In this document: positions 37,068 through 46,491 of the stretch, in pieces
Layout: the number at the start of each line of letters is the position of its first letter
Numbering within the stretch: the stretch's first letter is position 1
Source of the DNA: Escherichia virus TH47
Sequence record: MT446416.1
Length of the DNA: 64,000 nt
Strand: one strand, 5' to 3'
Program-made: the position numbers and the translations under genes
The notes under the pieces: generated by a model
Seen by the model: the letters and a program-made list of their open reading frames with translations, nothing else
The model's database searches: none
Told to the model about the DNA's origin: nothing

Positions 37068-37986
37068 AATCTACTTGAAATACCTTCAAACCAAGTAGCT
37101 TACGCCACATGAACGTCACGGCTTCGCGGTCATCATATACCTTTTTAACATCGTATTGATTAACCACATTTTTCATGTACAGGTCGAATTTAACAACATC
37201 ATCAGGACGTTTATCATCGATGCCTCGCATAAACAATGCATCGTAAGGAACACCCCAATTCTTAAGCCACTGTTCGGTGTCAGTACGACACCCTTCAGTA
37301 CGCCCACTCATGACGATAATCTTGCGTTTATGAAAAACTGCTTCTGCGATAATAGACAAAATAACTTCTTCGTCTGGTGTATCCTGGAGTACAGTACTTT
37401 CATCGAACGGGTTACGGCCCCATTTATGAGCAAGAGTTCCATCGATATCAACGATGATAGCAGCTTCGCGTGAATTACCATAGTAACCAATGTGTAATGC
37501 CTTACTATAATAGTACGTATCTGCCATTGTGTCAATGATATTATCTTGTACTGAACGCTCACGCTGGAGGTTATATTTCTTACAAAGTTTTACGAACTCT
37601 TTAATCTTAAAGAATTCATGAACATCTGCACCACGGTCTTCATTAGGTACAAAATCATCATAGAAGTTCTTTTCTTTGTAATCATAACCATTATCTTTAG
37701 CCCACATTTTCCATTGATCACGGAAATGTGGTTTAAGGTTCGTATCGGATACGATGATATTCCAACTATTCTCCGCTGCTGAATTTGCTGCACTGAACTG
37801 TAAATTAGTTACGTACTTCTCATTAGCATCATTGAATTTGTAAGCATCATGTGACCCAGCCATAGATTCACGAATATCATCACGGTTGATGTTGATAGTC
37901 TTGGATTTGGCTTTTTTAATCTCTTGCACTGCCCATGTAGTTTTACCACACCCAGGCAATCCAACTGTTAGTGTGATAGTTGGCAT
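37054..37986 (-). CDS. pseT: polynucleotide 5'-kinase / 3'-phosphatase
   Basis: N-terminal P-loop GLPGCGKTT and NINRDD; C-terminal HAD motif IVDIDGTL; 310 aa, same architecture as T4 Pnk. Confidence 0.85.
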   Translation of the reverse strand: MPTITLTVGLPGCGKTTWAVQEIKKAKSKTININRDDIRESMAGSHDAYKFNDANEKYVTNLQFSAANSAAENSWNIIVSDTNLKPHFRDQWKMWAKDNGYDYKEKNFYDDFVPNEDRGADVHEFFKIKEFVKLCKKYNLQRERSVQDNIIDTMADTYYYSKALHIGYYGNSREAAIIVDIDGTLAHKWGRNPFDESTVLQDTPDEEVILSIIAEAVFHKRKIIVMSGRTEGCRTDTEQWLKNWGVPYDALFMRGIDDKRPDDVVKFDLYMKNVVNQYDVKKVYDDREAVTFMWRKLLGLKVFQVDFGRF

Positions 37987-37989
37987 CCT

Positions 37990-38319
37990 TTAATCCTCTA
38001 AAAATTTAACATGCTCTATATTATGATAGGTGAGCCATTCCTGTGGCGTTCCCTTGCGTATTAAAACACCAACATACGCAATACCATTAATTAGACCATT
38101 ACTATCAGTATTCACATCAACTTTCACAATCTCGGAATCGTACCAGTGTTTGAATGTGTAATCCCAACATCTGACTTTCTTTCCAATAAGATTGCTCTTG
38201 TATTTGTCAATCATTTCATCGACGATAGTTTGTACTGAATTTTTAATTTCAGCTTCTACTGACTTTATATATAGTAAATTACTTTGTGCATTGTTTATCA
38301 TTATATTTTCCAATCCCAA
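37990..38319 (-). CDS. hypothetical protein
   Basis: 109-aa ORF. Confidence 0.5.
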   Translation of the reverse strand: MGLENIMINNAQSNLLYIKSVEAEIKNSVQTIVDEMIDKYKSNLIGKKVRCWDYTFKHWYDSEIVKVDVNTDSNGLINGIAYVGVLIRKGTPQEWLTYHNIEHVKFLED

Positions 38320-38515
38320 ATCGCTTGGAGATTTTCACAAGTACAGATTCATCACAACGAATACTAGCAGTATCATTGGTTGAACTGTACTTTAATGGGG
38401 TCCACTGTAATTGAGATTCTTCTAGGAACTTGATACATCTGAAATAATCTTTTAAGGAAAGAAATTTAACTACTGACATATCCTGAACAATACTATGCTG
38501 AACTTCAACTTTCAT
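38279..38515 (-). CDS. hypothetical protein
   Basis: 78-aa ORF. Confidence 0.4.
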   Translation of the reverse strand: MKVEVQHSIVQDMSVVKFLSLKDYFRCIKFLEESQLQWTPLKYSSTNDTASIRCDESVLVKISKRFGIGKYNDKQCTK

Positions 38516-38524
38516 ATGAACTCC

Positions 38525-38782
38525 TTATAGTGGGTCGAATTTATTTTCACGTTTCGATGTATAGCGAGTTACATCATGTATTCTCGGCTTAACATCTTTT
38601 GGTTTCCTTTTCTTCTTGTATTCAGTACTACTACACCCGAAAGTATTCTCGATTCGTTTCTTACTAATCTTCACACCTTTCTTAGAGCGTTTGTGCTGTA
38701 ATTCATCGATTTCTTCTTGTATTTTCCTGAATTCTGTCGGAGAAAGGGAACCGTCATTTTTATACTTAGGTTTAGCCATCAC
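38525..38782 (-). CDS. small basic protein
   Basis: 85-aa Lys/Arg-rich ORF. Confidence 0.45.
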   Translation of the reverse strand: MMAKPKYKNDGSLSPTEFRKIQEEIDELQHKRSKKGVKISKKRIENTFGCSSTEYKKKRKPKDVKPRIHDVTRYTSKRENKFDPL

Positions 38783-38808
38783 TTCTCCTTGTGCTAGGCT
38801 AGATAGTA

Positions 38809-39951
38809 CTAAAAATCCTTTAGTACAATTTTCATGTACTTAATAAGAGTCTCTTTGTAATCGACTTTCTTATTGTTGTACATTGCAAAGGCCAAGCCCT
38901 GACGATTCAGTTCATTAGTTAAACACTCCTGAACCTTCTTAGCGAATTCCTTTCGCTCCAAGTGCTTGTGTTCCTTGACGAAGCTTTCAACTTCATCTTG
39001 TAAAGCATTATAGCACGAAAAGACTAGTTGTTCCATTCTTAATATCTTTTGAGTAGCATATTCGTCAGTACTGAACAACTGTTTTAAATCATCACTCGAA
39101 CCATTTAATACAGCTTCATATAAATGGGAATCGAATATAATACTGTCTTTCGTTAAATGCAAAGAACAATACCAGTCGGTTTTGATTTTGCACATTGTAC
39201 CATTATTTAGGATGCACACAAAACCTTCAATGTCAAGCATTTTCTTAACTTCTTCAACACTTTCTTTGAATGTAGTACGAACAGGGAAAGTGTAATGAAT
39301 ATCTTTACCTGTCATATTAGTACTGTACTGTGCAAGGCATGGAAACTTATTACGTAATGCAGAACCACATAATAGTTCACCACTCTTGCGATGGCGAACG
39401 TTTAGTACAAATAATTGTTCAACCTGGTATGGTAATACAATTCGGTACTCTGGACTTGTATACTCCAGATTAACAGTATAGCCCAAACGGTCTGCTTCGT
39501 CAATGTATTGATACAAATTTTGGTTCTCGGTGAGAAGACGAGTGCTGTTAATCGCATGGTCTGAATACAATGCAGTATGTGATTTACAACGAATCTCACC
39601 ATCATTATCACGGTAAGTACTGATCACTGAACCATCCAACTTAGGCATCACTACCGCAATGTCATCGCAGGTGGTATCAGCAGGGAACATTGTAGCAGGA
39701 TTCTCGTAAGCATTGAAGAACTTTTTCATAGTACGAGCAGCACAACGAATCATATTACCTTCTTCATCAATTTCCCACATAGATCCACGGGTTTCTAATG
39801 CATTGGGTTGCATGAAATCAGTATATGATGCTAGACGATAACTGAATACACGATACGTTCCACCAGCAGGACTTTTATGATCCACATAAAAGAAAGCCTC
39901 ACGGGTATTACATAAGTGCATTAAATCTTCATATATTTGTAAAAGGGTCAT
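38809..39951 (-). CDS. rnlA: RNA ligase 1 (T4 gp63-like)
   Basis: Adenylation motif MPKLDGSV; extended similarity to T4 Rnl1 as I recall it (FFY...SYRLASY...RG..WE, KIKTDWY.SLH, GSSDDLK). Confidence 0.9.
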   Translation of the reverse strand: MTLLQIYEDLMHLCNTREAFFYVDHKSPAGGTYRVFSYRLASYTDFMQPNALETRGSMWEIDEEGNMIRCAARTMKKFFNAYENPATMFPADTTCDDIAVVMPKLDGSVISTYRDNDGEIRCKSHTALYSDHAINSTRLLTENQNLYQYIDEADRLGYTVNLEYTSPEYRIVLPYQVEQLFVLNVRHRKSGELLCGSALRNKFPCLAQYSTNMTGKDIHYTFPVRTTFKESVEEVKKMLDIEGFVCILNNGTMCKIKTDWYCSLHLTKDSIIFDSHLYEAVLNGSSDDLKQLFSTDEYATQKILRMEQLVFSCYNALQDEVESFVKEHKHLERKEFAKKVQECLTNELNRQGLAFAMYNNKKVDYKETLIKYMKIVLKDF

Positions 39952-40256
39952 TTTATTACCTCTATATCTACATCTGTGCCATAGTAGGAAACGTAACCAT
40001 TATCTGACTTACATTGAATTGATAACTCTGATTCATAGTATGTTACTTTGATCACTGTTAGTACTTTTTCTTCAATTTCTCCCGTTAAATAATCCATTTC
40101 ACGAACACGAACGTTGGTTCCTTTTGGGAGTTCTTGTGCAATTTTATTAACAAGTTCAAAAGCAGCTTCTTCAAGTGTGTGCAACAATTGCAATCTATCT
40201 TGGATATTCATATTATTTCCACCAAGTTGTATCTCGACCACCAGACAAAGATTCAT
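39948..40256 (-). CDS. hypothetical protein
   Basis: 102-aa ORF. Confidence 0.5.
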   Translation of the reverse strand: MNLCLVVEIQLGGNNMNIQDRLQLLHTLEEAAFELVNKIAQELPKGTNVRVREMDYLTGEIEEKVLTVIKVTYYESELSIQCKSDNGYVSYYGTDVDIEVIK

Positions 40257-40902
40257 TGTACTGATGCCTGAAATTAGTATTTGGATTATTTGTCATTGTA
40301 CTAATAAAATCAAATTTAACATTCTCTTGAATGTAATTAATAACATTATCTTTAAATTTAATAGTACTGAAGTCTAAATCTAAATGTTCATACAATACCG
40401 GATGACAAAACTCATGTGTACGCAATGATGGCATGGTATCCTTAATGTATTGCACAGTGTTAATCATTGCATTATATTCAGGCATAGCACGCATCATCAT
40501 TAGCTGAAAGTGTTCTTCCTCTGACATTGATTCATCCAAATCAATAACGACTTCATCATTTTTAGAGTCAAATACTTTAATGTCACTCTTTGTTGGATCA
40601 AGCATAGCCCACTCTGGATACAGGCATGTTTTCCAAAAAGGATTATTGCACTGAAACATACTAATGAGATTTTGATCTTTATCAAAAATAGCAAATCCAA
40701 GATCCGAACTTGGCTGTACTTCACATACACAAATATCGTAAGGAGATTCTTCAGTACTGAATGATCCAACTACATTTGATATATGTGAATATGGAGTTTC
40801 TCTTGATTTTAATTCAAAGGCTCTCTCCATACGATTAACCTGTGGTTGTAATGTAATTACACCCCTCAGTACATATAAAATTCTATCTAAATCTTTAATC
40901 AA
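40213..40902 (-). CDS. FQ-motif family member (dispersed copy)
   Basis: SEEEHFQLMMM motif. Confidence 0.5.
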   Translation of the reverse strand: MIKDLDRILYVLRGVITLQPQVNRMERAFELKSRETPYSHISNVVGSFSTEESPYDICVCEVQPSSDLGFAIFDKDQNLISMFQCNNPFWKTCLYPEWAMLDPTKSDIKVFDSKNDEVVIDLDESMSEEEHFQLMMMRAMPEYNAMINTVQYIKDTMPSLRTHEFCHPVLYEHLDLDFSTIKFKDNVINYIQENVKFDFISTMTNNPNTNFRHQYNESLSGGRDTTWWK

Positions 40903-41477
40903 AATTCTATCCCCGTATCGGTTAATTTCGTTCCGTCCATATACTTAACAATTATTTCAATGCGTCGATCAGTACTCATTTTTTGAAGATCATTGTAGTA
41001 CAATTTAAATTCTTCAAAGAACTCAAGTGGTGGAATATCGTATAAAGTACTAATCTGGAAGTGCTCATGTAATCCAAAATCCAATATATCAATCTTAGGT
41101 ATAAGTCCATCGGCTGCTGCACCTTCTGGTGTACTGCTGTCTGCTACATAAAACATAGAATTACCATGACGCTGGATAACGAATACGCAATCATCTTCAC
41201 TTATATAAATCATATTTCCAAGGCATGGATCGTTATCACACCAATTGTCATGGACGAATTGATCAACTTGAAGTAAATCGTGTATAATTCCTCGACCACT
41301 ATCATCGATTCTAATATGTAAACCAGAATCACTTTTGCTCAACCAGCGGTATTTTGAATCACATCCTGATTCCATAACTGGATATTTTGAAAAATTCATA
41401 TCAGTACCATTATAAAACCAATCGTGCCACTCATTACGCATACTAATCAGCTTAGTACTTAATTCTAATACATTCAT
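40899..41477 (-). CDS. FQ-motif family member (dispersed copy)
   Basis: HEHFQISTLYDIPP motif, closest to 57529-58110. Confidence 0.5.
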   Translation of the reverse strand: MNVLELSTKLISMRNEWHDWFYNGTDMNFSKYPVMESGCDSKYRWLSKSDSGLHIRIDDSGRGIIHDLLQVDQFVHDNWCDNDPCLGNMIYISEDDCVFVIQRHGNSMFYVADSSTPEGAAADGLIPKIDILDFGLHEHFQISTLYDIPPLEFFEEFKLYYNDLQKMSTDRRIEIIVKYMDGTKLTDTGIEF

Positions 41478-41484
41478 TTTAGTT

Positions 41485-41787
41485 TTATCCTCTTAGTTTA
41501 ATAGTACTGGCTGGATAATCTACCATAGTACTATCTGGTAATCCTATACAGTAATAAGGAAAATATCCCATCTTTATATTAATACCAATTAACATTCCAG
41601 TTTTATATGAAGTATTAATTTCATAGTGGTCGTCTATATCAACTGCCAGTCCATATAAGGATATATTACAATCCTTGATGTATCGTTCAAAGATTTTATA
41701 CATTGATGGGTATAAAGTTCCATTGGATTCTTTTACTACATCAGCCAACAACTTTATAGTACTGTTAATTAAATCTATACTGAGCAT
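41485..41787 (-). CDS. hypothetical protein
   Basis: 100-aa ORF. Confidence 0.45.
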   Translation of the reverse strand: MLSIDLINSTIKLLADVVKESNGTLYPSMYKIFERYIKDCNISLYGLAVDIDDHYEINTSYKTGMLIGINIKMGYFPYYCIGLPDSTMVDYPASTIKLRG

Positions 41788-41800
41788 CTTTGTACCTGCG

Positions 41801-41838
41801 AAAAAAGACCAGCAAACGCTGGCCTATATTTTTATTTT
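41801..41838. terminator. terminator-like hairpin with T-runs on both sides
   Basis: GACCAGC-AAAC-GCTGGCC hairpin flanked by AAAAAA and TTTTTATTTT. Confidence 0.45.
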
Positions 41839-42116
41839 AACTCACTACAAGTGTATATACCGACAGTATCATCAGAAAATGTAATATAGAAATACACACC
41901 ACGGGTATCAAATGAAATTTCATCAATTGTACCTGTTTTATTCATAGTCTTATGTGTAACTTCTTTATTCACATAAAGGTATAAACTATTAAATTCCTTT
42001 GAATATTCATCAATCATATTGCTAAAATAATTGCAGTATGACATATCAGTATTATAAATTTCATTATACAAAGAAATATACTGGTAGAATGTCCAAGCAT
42101 GTGAGTTAAAATCCAT
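41832..42116 (-). CDS. hypothetical protein
   Basis: 94-aa ORF. Confidence 0.45.
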   Translation of the reverse strand: MDFNSHAWTFYQYISLYNEIYNTDMSYCNYFSNMIDEYSKEFNSLYLYVNKEVTHKTMNKTGTIDEISFDTRGVYFYITFSDDTVGIYTCSELK

Positions 42117-42125
42117 AACAGTTCC

Positions 42126-42854
42126 TTAGAAATATACCATACCCATCAATTCTGAATCTTCAGGGCGAGTATAACCTTGTTTCTTAACTTTAAAGTAGAA
42201 GGATTCATTATCTTCTAAATTATAACGTTTCTTTAAGCAACGGGTGTATGTTTGGCAATTAGGTGAAACCCATTCATAAACATGAACACCATTTTCATCA
42301 TAACCATTAATACTACAACGGTTTCCTTCGTGTTTCTTGAAGTTTTTACTCTTCTCAGTGAATTCTTTTACCGATGTAGTGGATGGTTTTTTATATTCAA
42401 ATGGAACTTCTGTTATACGAAAATAGAAATATTGGTCGTCTTCATCATATCCAACTAGCACTGTGTTAGTTTCACGTACATTGTAATGATTCTTACTTTT
42501 CAATTCATTTTCATATATATCTTTTAATACCTCATCGAATACAATATCACTTGCTGCATTTGGGTCTGAAACCCCACTAATACGGCGTTCAATAATAAAA
42601 TCGGTGAATTTGCGGTCTTCTGAAATATCTTCATTCATATAAAGACTTACGAACTTATCCTTGTATGTCTTTACGCTATATTGTTTGCTTTGAACTTCAC
42701 TATAAACATCAGCTAACATGTTAGCTTGTCCACATTGTATACCGCTAGATGAATATGCCGCAGCATGTTCAGCCATAACAGATGTTAACATTTGGAAATT
42801 TGCAATATTGAGTTGATTCGCCATTTCTGTTGCAAATTTTATATTATCTATCAT
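42126..42854 (-). CDS. hypothetical protein
   Basis: 242-aa ORF; contains no AGTACT. Confidence 0.5.
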   Translation of the reverse strand: MIDNIKFATEMANQLNIANFQMLTSVMAEHAAAYSSSGIQCGQANMLADVYSEVQSKQYSVKTYKDKFVSLYMNEDISEDRKFTDFIIERRISGVSDPNAASDIVFDEVLKDIYENELKSKNHYNVRETNTVLVGYDEDDQYFYFRITEVPFEYKKPSTTSVKEFTEKSKNFKKHEGNRCSINGYDENGVHVYEWVSPNCQTYTRCLKKRYNLEDNESFYFKVKKQGYTRPEDSELMGMVYF

Positions 42855-42879
42855 TTCACATTCCTTGTGTTTATGATTT

Positions 42880-43812
42880 TCATATTTTTAATTTATTTTC
42901 GAGTAAACATTTACATACATAATCAATAACAAGATTTATGTCTTGTAAATCAAATGTTTCAGTATACCCATCACCAAAATAATCCTTTGGCAATTTACTA
43001 CTATTTTTAAGCAGATTTAAAATATTATATTCTACACTTTTAATAACTTCGGTATTTCCAGTAAAATAATATAATTCCTCTACTATAAAATTAGTTTTTG
43101 ACCTAATACTAATTAGTCTTGATTTATCAATCTTTGTAGAAATACCAACTTTATATTTTATTAAAATATTTTGTTCATATATTCCTAAAATATATAATTT
43201 ACTTTCTTCTGGGATTGGTCTGATACAATTGCAGTTAAGAGATCCACATTTAACTCTACTATAATTAATATATTTGTCAAAATTACACGCTGTACAATAA
43301 AATCTAACCTTATATTGTGTACCACGGTATGTAGATTTATCCATATATATTGTATTTGAGTAATCTTTTATTTTATTCATAATAGTGTTATATGCTTCGT
43401 CGATATCTAACGGCATACAATATGATGAATGACATTTACAATATGAACCTCTAGACTTAACATCATGCACCGTCATATATCTTTCAAACGCACAATCGTC
43501 ACAATAAAATCTAGATTTGTTTTTTGTAGTTGTGAATGTGGAAATATCTAATTTTAATTTTGAATTAATTTCACCCAATTTATTATATAAAGTTTTAAAT
43601 GTGGGACAGTGACAAAATATTCCATTTTTGTACACATTCCTAACTATGATATTTTTACTAAACCCACATTCATCACAGAAAAAAGTTGATTTGTTTGATA
43701 TGGTAGTGTATGTTGTTCTATCCATTTTTACCGATGAACCAATTGAACTCAATTTTTCATCAACCAGTCTGAATACTTCAGAATCTGGCTTTTTACTTGG
43801 CACTTTACACAC
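42880..43812 (-). CDS. zinc-ribbon-repeat protein with C-terminal T5orf172-like (GIY-YIG-related) domain; putative homing-endonuclease-like nuclease
   Basis: Three F-x-C-x-x-C ... C-x-C repeats; C-terminus LYILGIY...KYKVGISTKIDKSRL...EYNILNLL...GDGYTETFDL resembles the T5orf172 domain; contains no AGTACT. Confidence 0.5.
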   Translation of the reverse strand: MCKVPSKKPDSEVFRLVDEKLSSIGSSVKMDRTTYTTISNKSTFFCDECGFSKNIIVRNVYKNGIFCHCPTFKTLYNKLGEINSKLKLDISTFTTTKNKSRFYCDDCAFERYMTVHDVKSRGSYCKCHSSYCMPLDIDEAYNTIMNKIKDYSNTIYMDKSTYRGTQYKVRFYCTACNFDKYINYSRVKCGSLNCNCIRPIPEESKLYILGIYEQNILIKYKVGISTKIDKSRLISIRSKTNFIVEELYYFTGNTEVIKSVEYNILNLLKNSSKLPKDYFGDGYTETFDLQDINLVIDYVCKCLLENKLKI

Positions 43813-43852
43813 TCCTTGTGTTAGTTATTGTTCCTCATCCAATATTATATCA

Positions 43853-44164
43853 CTACTTGAGCCATTGTCCCGCTTTGTAACAATAAAGATTCTCAAATTT
43901 AAAGTTCTCTATATCACATTCCTCACGTACTCGATTCTTGTTCCAGAATAAAATACGAATCCTTTCATAATCACGATAAACACTAATAATGCTTCTGTGT
44001 TTAGATTTATAATATTCTTTTACAATATCAAGATACATTGACCTAAGTAACGATTTCACTGGATAAGACAAATCCTGTGCCGTAGTAATAAAGTAAATCA
44101 TCTTCATTGTTTCAGCAATAAGAACTTCATTTGTTGTATTTGTCATTGTAATCCTTACATACAC
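43853..44164 (-). CDS. hypothetical protein
   Basis: 103-aa ORF. Confidence 0.45.
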   Translation of the reverse strand: MYVRITMTNTTNEVLIAETMKMIYFITTAQDLSYPVKSLLRSMYLDIVKEYYKSKHRSIISVYRDYERIRILFWNKNRVREECDIENFKFENLYCYKAGQWLK

Positions 44165-44309
44165 TATGTAAAGTAAATCCTAAACCAACACCAACAATTG
44201 GGAATAGTAAATTAACATACCATGTGTTCATTGTTAAAAAGGAATAAGCACCTGAAGCTGTCAGTACTGCAATAGAAAAAAGACTCCAGATAAAAAATAA
44301 TGCTCTCAT
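44127..44309 (-). CDS. small membrane protein
   Basis: 60-aa hydrophobic ORF. Confidence 0.35.
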   Translation of the reverse strand: MRALFFIWSLFSIAVLTASGAYSFLTMNTWYVNLLFPIVGVGLGFTLHSVCKDYNDKYNK

Positions 44310-44596
44310 AAAAATGTTACCTCGTTAGATGAGTAGTTACGATATATTTGTGAATTATGTTCCACACCATGAATTGTTATATGCCCGTTGTAGAAAAAAG
44401 TAATATCTACAACTTTGAGTTCTTTACGTTTTTTAGTACTGAAATATCTACCCACTAACGCAGCATATATATAATCCCTGTACTCTTGAGTAATGAATTT
44501 ATACATATTATGATTTGCACTACACTTTTCATCATAAGTATTAGTATATTCTTTCATCAGTAGAGCATATGTTTTTTGTATTAATATGATATTCAT
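44306..44596 (-). CDS. hypothetical protein
   Basis: 96-aa ORF. Confidence 0.45.
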   Translation of the reverse strand: MNIILIQKTYALLMKEYTNTYDEKCSANHNMYKFITQEYRDYIYAALVGRYFSTKKRKELKVVDITFFYNGHITIHGVEHNSQIYRNYSSNEVTFL

Positions 44597-44793
44597 CTGT
44601 AGTTTAATATTGAAATGGGAAGACTATATATATGTGCGTAAAGTTTATCAACTCTTTCCATATTCACTTTTAAAGTACTTCCAATACGACTGATGCTATC
44701 TATACGATAAAGCACGTCATTCAGCATCATTACGGTATCGGTGTAATCTTCACTAAGAGATTCAATGTAGATATCTTCAAGTTTCACATCCAT
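44593..44793 (-). CDS. hypothetical protein (start uncertain)
   Basis: The track ORF begins at a GTG at 44979 and would overlap the zinc-ribbon ORF; shortened to the internal ATG at 44793. Confidence 0.3.
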   Translation of the reverse strand: MDVKLEDIYIESLSEDYTDTVMMLNDVLYRIDSISRIGSTLKVNMERVDKLYAHIYSLPISILNYR

Positions 44794-44848
44794 GCGTGGT
44801 ATATCTAAATCCCTCAATAAACGCAGTGTTTGCACGATCAGTTCAGCT

Positions 44849-45049
44849 TTAGTAATGAATACGCTCACATGCCAGACAATAAATGCACTCAATGTCAGGT
44901 CGCCATGATTTATCGAAATCTTTGTGCTGTTCTTCAGTGTATTCCGCATCATCATTGATAGGAAAGAAATCCCCAGCACCAGAGGCCCAGTCTGAATCTA
45001 AACGGAAACGAGCTAATTGAGTACTGTTGCAATATGGACATTTATTCAA
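44849..45049 (-). CDS. small zinc-ribbon protein (TTG start)
   Basis: CPYC...CIYCLAC; no in-frame ATG, but the TTG has AAGGA 7 nt upstream. Confidence 0.35.
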   Translation of the reverse strand: MNKCPYCNSTQLARFRLDSDWASGAGDFFPINDDAEYTEEQHKDFDKSWRPDIECIYCLACERIHY

Positions 45050-45326
45050 AATTTATTCCTTCTAACTGATATACGTTTAATGAAAATGACCCACTATTAT
45101 TATCGCATCTGAAACACAGTGTTAAAGAACCATTATAACTCACGACATCCGTACATATACATTTTTCACCATTGGATATGATAGATTTTCCTATATATAA
45201 ATCTCTTACTATAGTACGGTAATGTTGCCATAAAAAATAATACACACTTTCATAGTACTCATCTTTTACATATGACAAGTATAAGAATTTATAAAATACT
45301 TGTATTTCCTTTAAGTTGTTTTTCAT
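45042..45326 (-). CDS. member 5 of a five-gene tandem paralog family (shared N-terminal M-x-N-x-x-IQFTYK-x-LY motif)
   Basis: MKNNLKEIQVFYKFLYLSY. Confidence 0.5.
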   Translation of the reverse strand: MKNNLKEIQVFYKFLYLSYVKDEYYESVYYFLWQHYRTIVRDLYIGKSIISNGEKCICTDVVSYNGSLTLCFRCDNNSGSFSLNVYQLEGINFE

Positions 45327-45600
45327 TCTCCAACTCCAGTAAATTTACACCAATCCAATCAACATCACTATCAGTACTTAATTCCAATCGTAGCTTACCG
45401 CTATGACTAACAATATCGCGGAATTTGTATATTTTATTATCACGAACTATACACAAATCATGGTAATATTCATGTAATTCATCCAAAAACTTTATCCATA
45501 CCGAACGATAGATTTCACCGTAGAGATATTCTCCAGCATCAACCGTAGCGTATTGGATATACAAAAATTTGTATGTGAATTGTATATCATTAATATTCAT
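45289..45600 (-). CDS. member 4 of the five-gene tandem paralog family
   Basis: MNINDIQFTYKFLYIQY. Confidence 0.5.
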   Translation of the reverse strand: MNINDIQFTYKFLYIQYATVDAGEYLYGEIYRSVWIKFLDELHEYYHDLCIVRDNKIYKFRDIVSHSGKLRLELSTDSDVDWIGVNLLELENEKQLKGNTSIL

Positions 45601-45610
45601 ATGTCAACTC

Positions 45611-45922
45611 TTATAGGTCCGTTAACTTCAAAACTTTGATCTCCATAAATTCCCTATCAGTTTTTTCAAGAAATTCTACATGGATAATACCTTGATAAGA
45701 TTTTACACCTGAATATTCAAATATGTCATCTCCATCAGTGTAAGTACTGTAATTCTTTTTTATATATTCAGCAATAGAATCTAAGTAATCATAGTAATTA
45801 TTAATAAATGGTGATTCTTTTGATTCGACATGTTCACCAATCTTCCCACTAAAAAGATACATGTCATACAAACCATATATATTTTTATACGTGAATTGAA
45901 CATCATTCAAATTTAATTTCAA
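45611..45922 (-). CDS. member 3 of the five-gene tandem paralog family
   Basis: MKLNLNDVQFTYKNIYGLY. Confidence 0.5.
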   Translation of the reverse strand: MKLNLNDVQFTYKNIYGLYDMYLFSGKIGEHVESKESPFINNYYDYLDSIAEYIKKNYSTYTDGDDIFEYSGVKSYQGIIHVEFLEKTDREFMEIKVLKLTDL

Positions 45923-46179
45923 GGGAATATCTCCAGAGGAACACTCGTAAATCCAAAATCAGTGTAGAACTGTACCTCTACTTTACCATCGAGCTTAATG
46001 ATTATATCTGAAAATTCTGCATGATCGTTGTTGATAATTACAGTACTGAATTTTTCTTTAATCCTCTCACGCACAGTATTAATCATTTCAATACATGTAT
46101 TTTCTAAAAATATACTATTATTTTTATCTGCTAGGTCACGAATGCACTTGAATGTTAATTGGAAATCTTTATAATTCAT
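45919..46179 (-). CDS. member 2 of the five-gene tandem paralog family
   Basis: MNYKDFQLTFKCIRDL. Confidence 0.5.
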   Translation of the reverse strand: MNYKDFQLTFKCIRDLADKNNSIFLENTCIEMINTVRERIKEKFSTVIINNDHAEFSDIIIKLDGKVEVQFYTDFGFTSVPLEIFP

Positions 46180-46445
46180 ATATTCACCAAATCAACAGAG
46201 AATAAGTCGTTATCAAATTTATATGAAAGTACTAATCTACCATCAAAACTATCGACACTAAGTATCTTTCGTTTTTTCCCATTAATGAAAATTTCAGTAT
46301 CAATAAAATACTCACGTAATTCTTCTAGGTAATTTGACCATAATTTATGAGTAAACGCATATTTATTAATTGTGTTAGTACTTCTGTGATTATGGTGTAA
46401 TTTAAATAATTCCATATAAGTGAATTGTATATGTTTGTAATTCAT
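46176..46445 (-). CDS. member 1 of the five-gene tandem paralog family
   Basis: MNYKHIQFTYMELFKL. Confidence 0.5.
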   Translation of the reverse strand: MNYKHIQFTYMELFKLHHNHRSTNTINKYAFTHKLWSNYLEELREYFIDTEIFINGKKRKILSVDSFDGRLVLSYKFDNDLFSVDLVNI

Positions 46446-46454
46446 ATTTCCCCT

Positions 46455-46484
46455 TACAAAAATAGCCCGAACTTATGTCGGGCT
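46455..46484 (-). terminator. rho-independent terminator
   Basis: AGCCCGA...TCGGGCT hairpin followed on the minus strand by ATTTTTGT. Confidence 0.5.
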
Positions 46485-46491
46485 ATATGTG

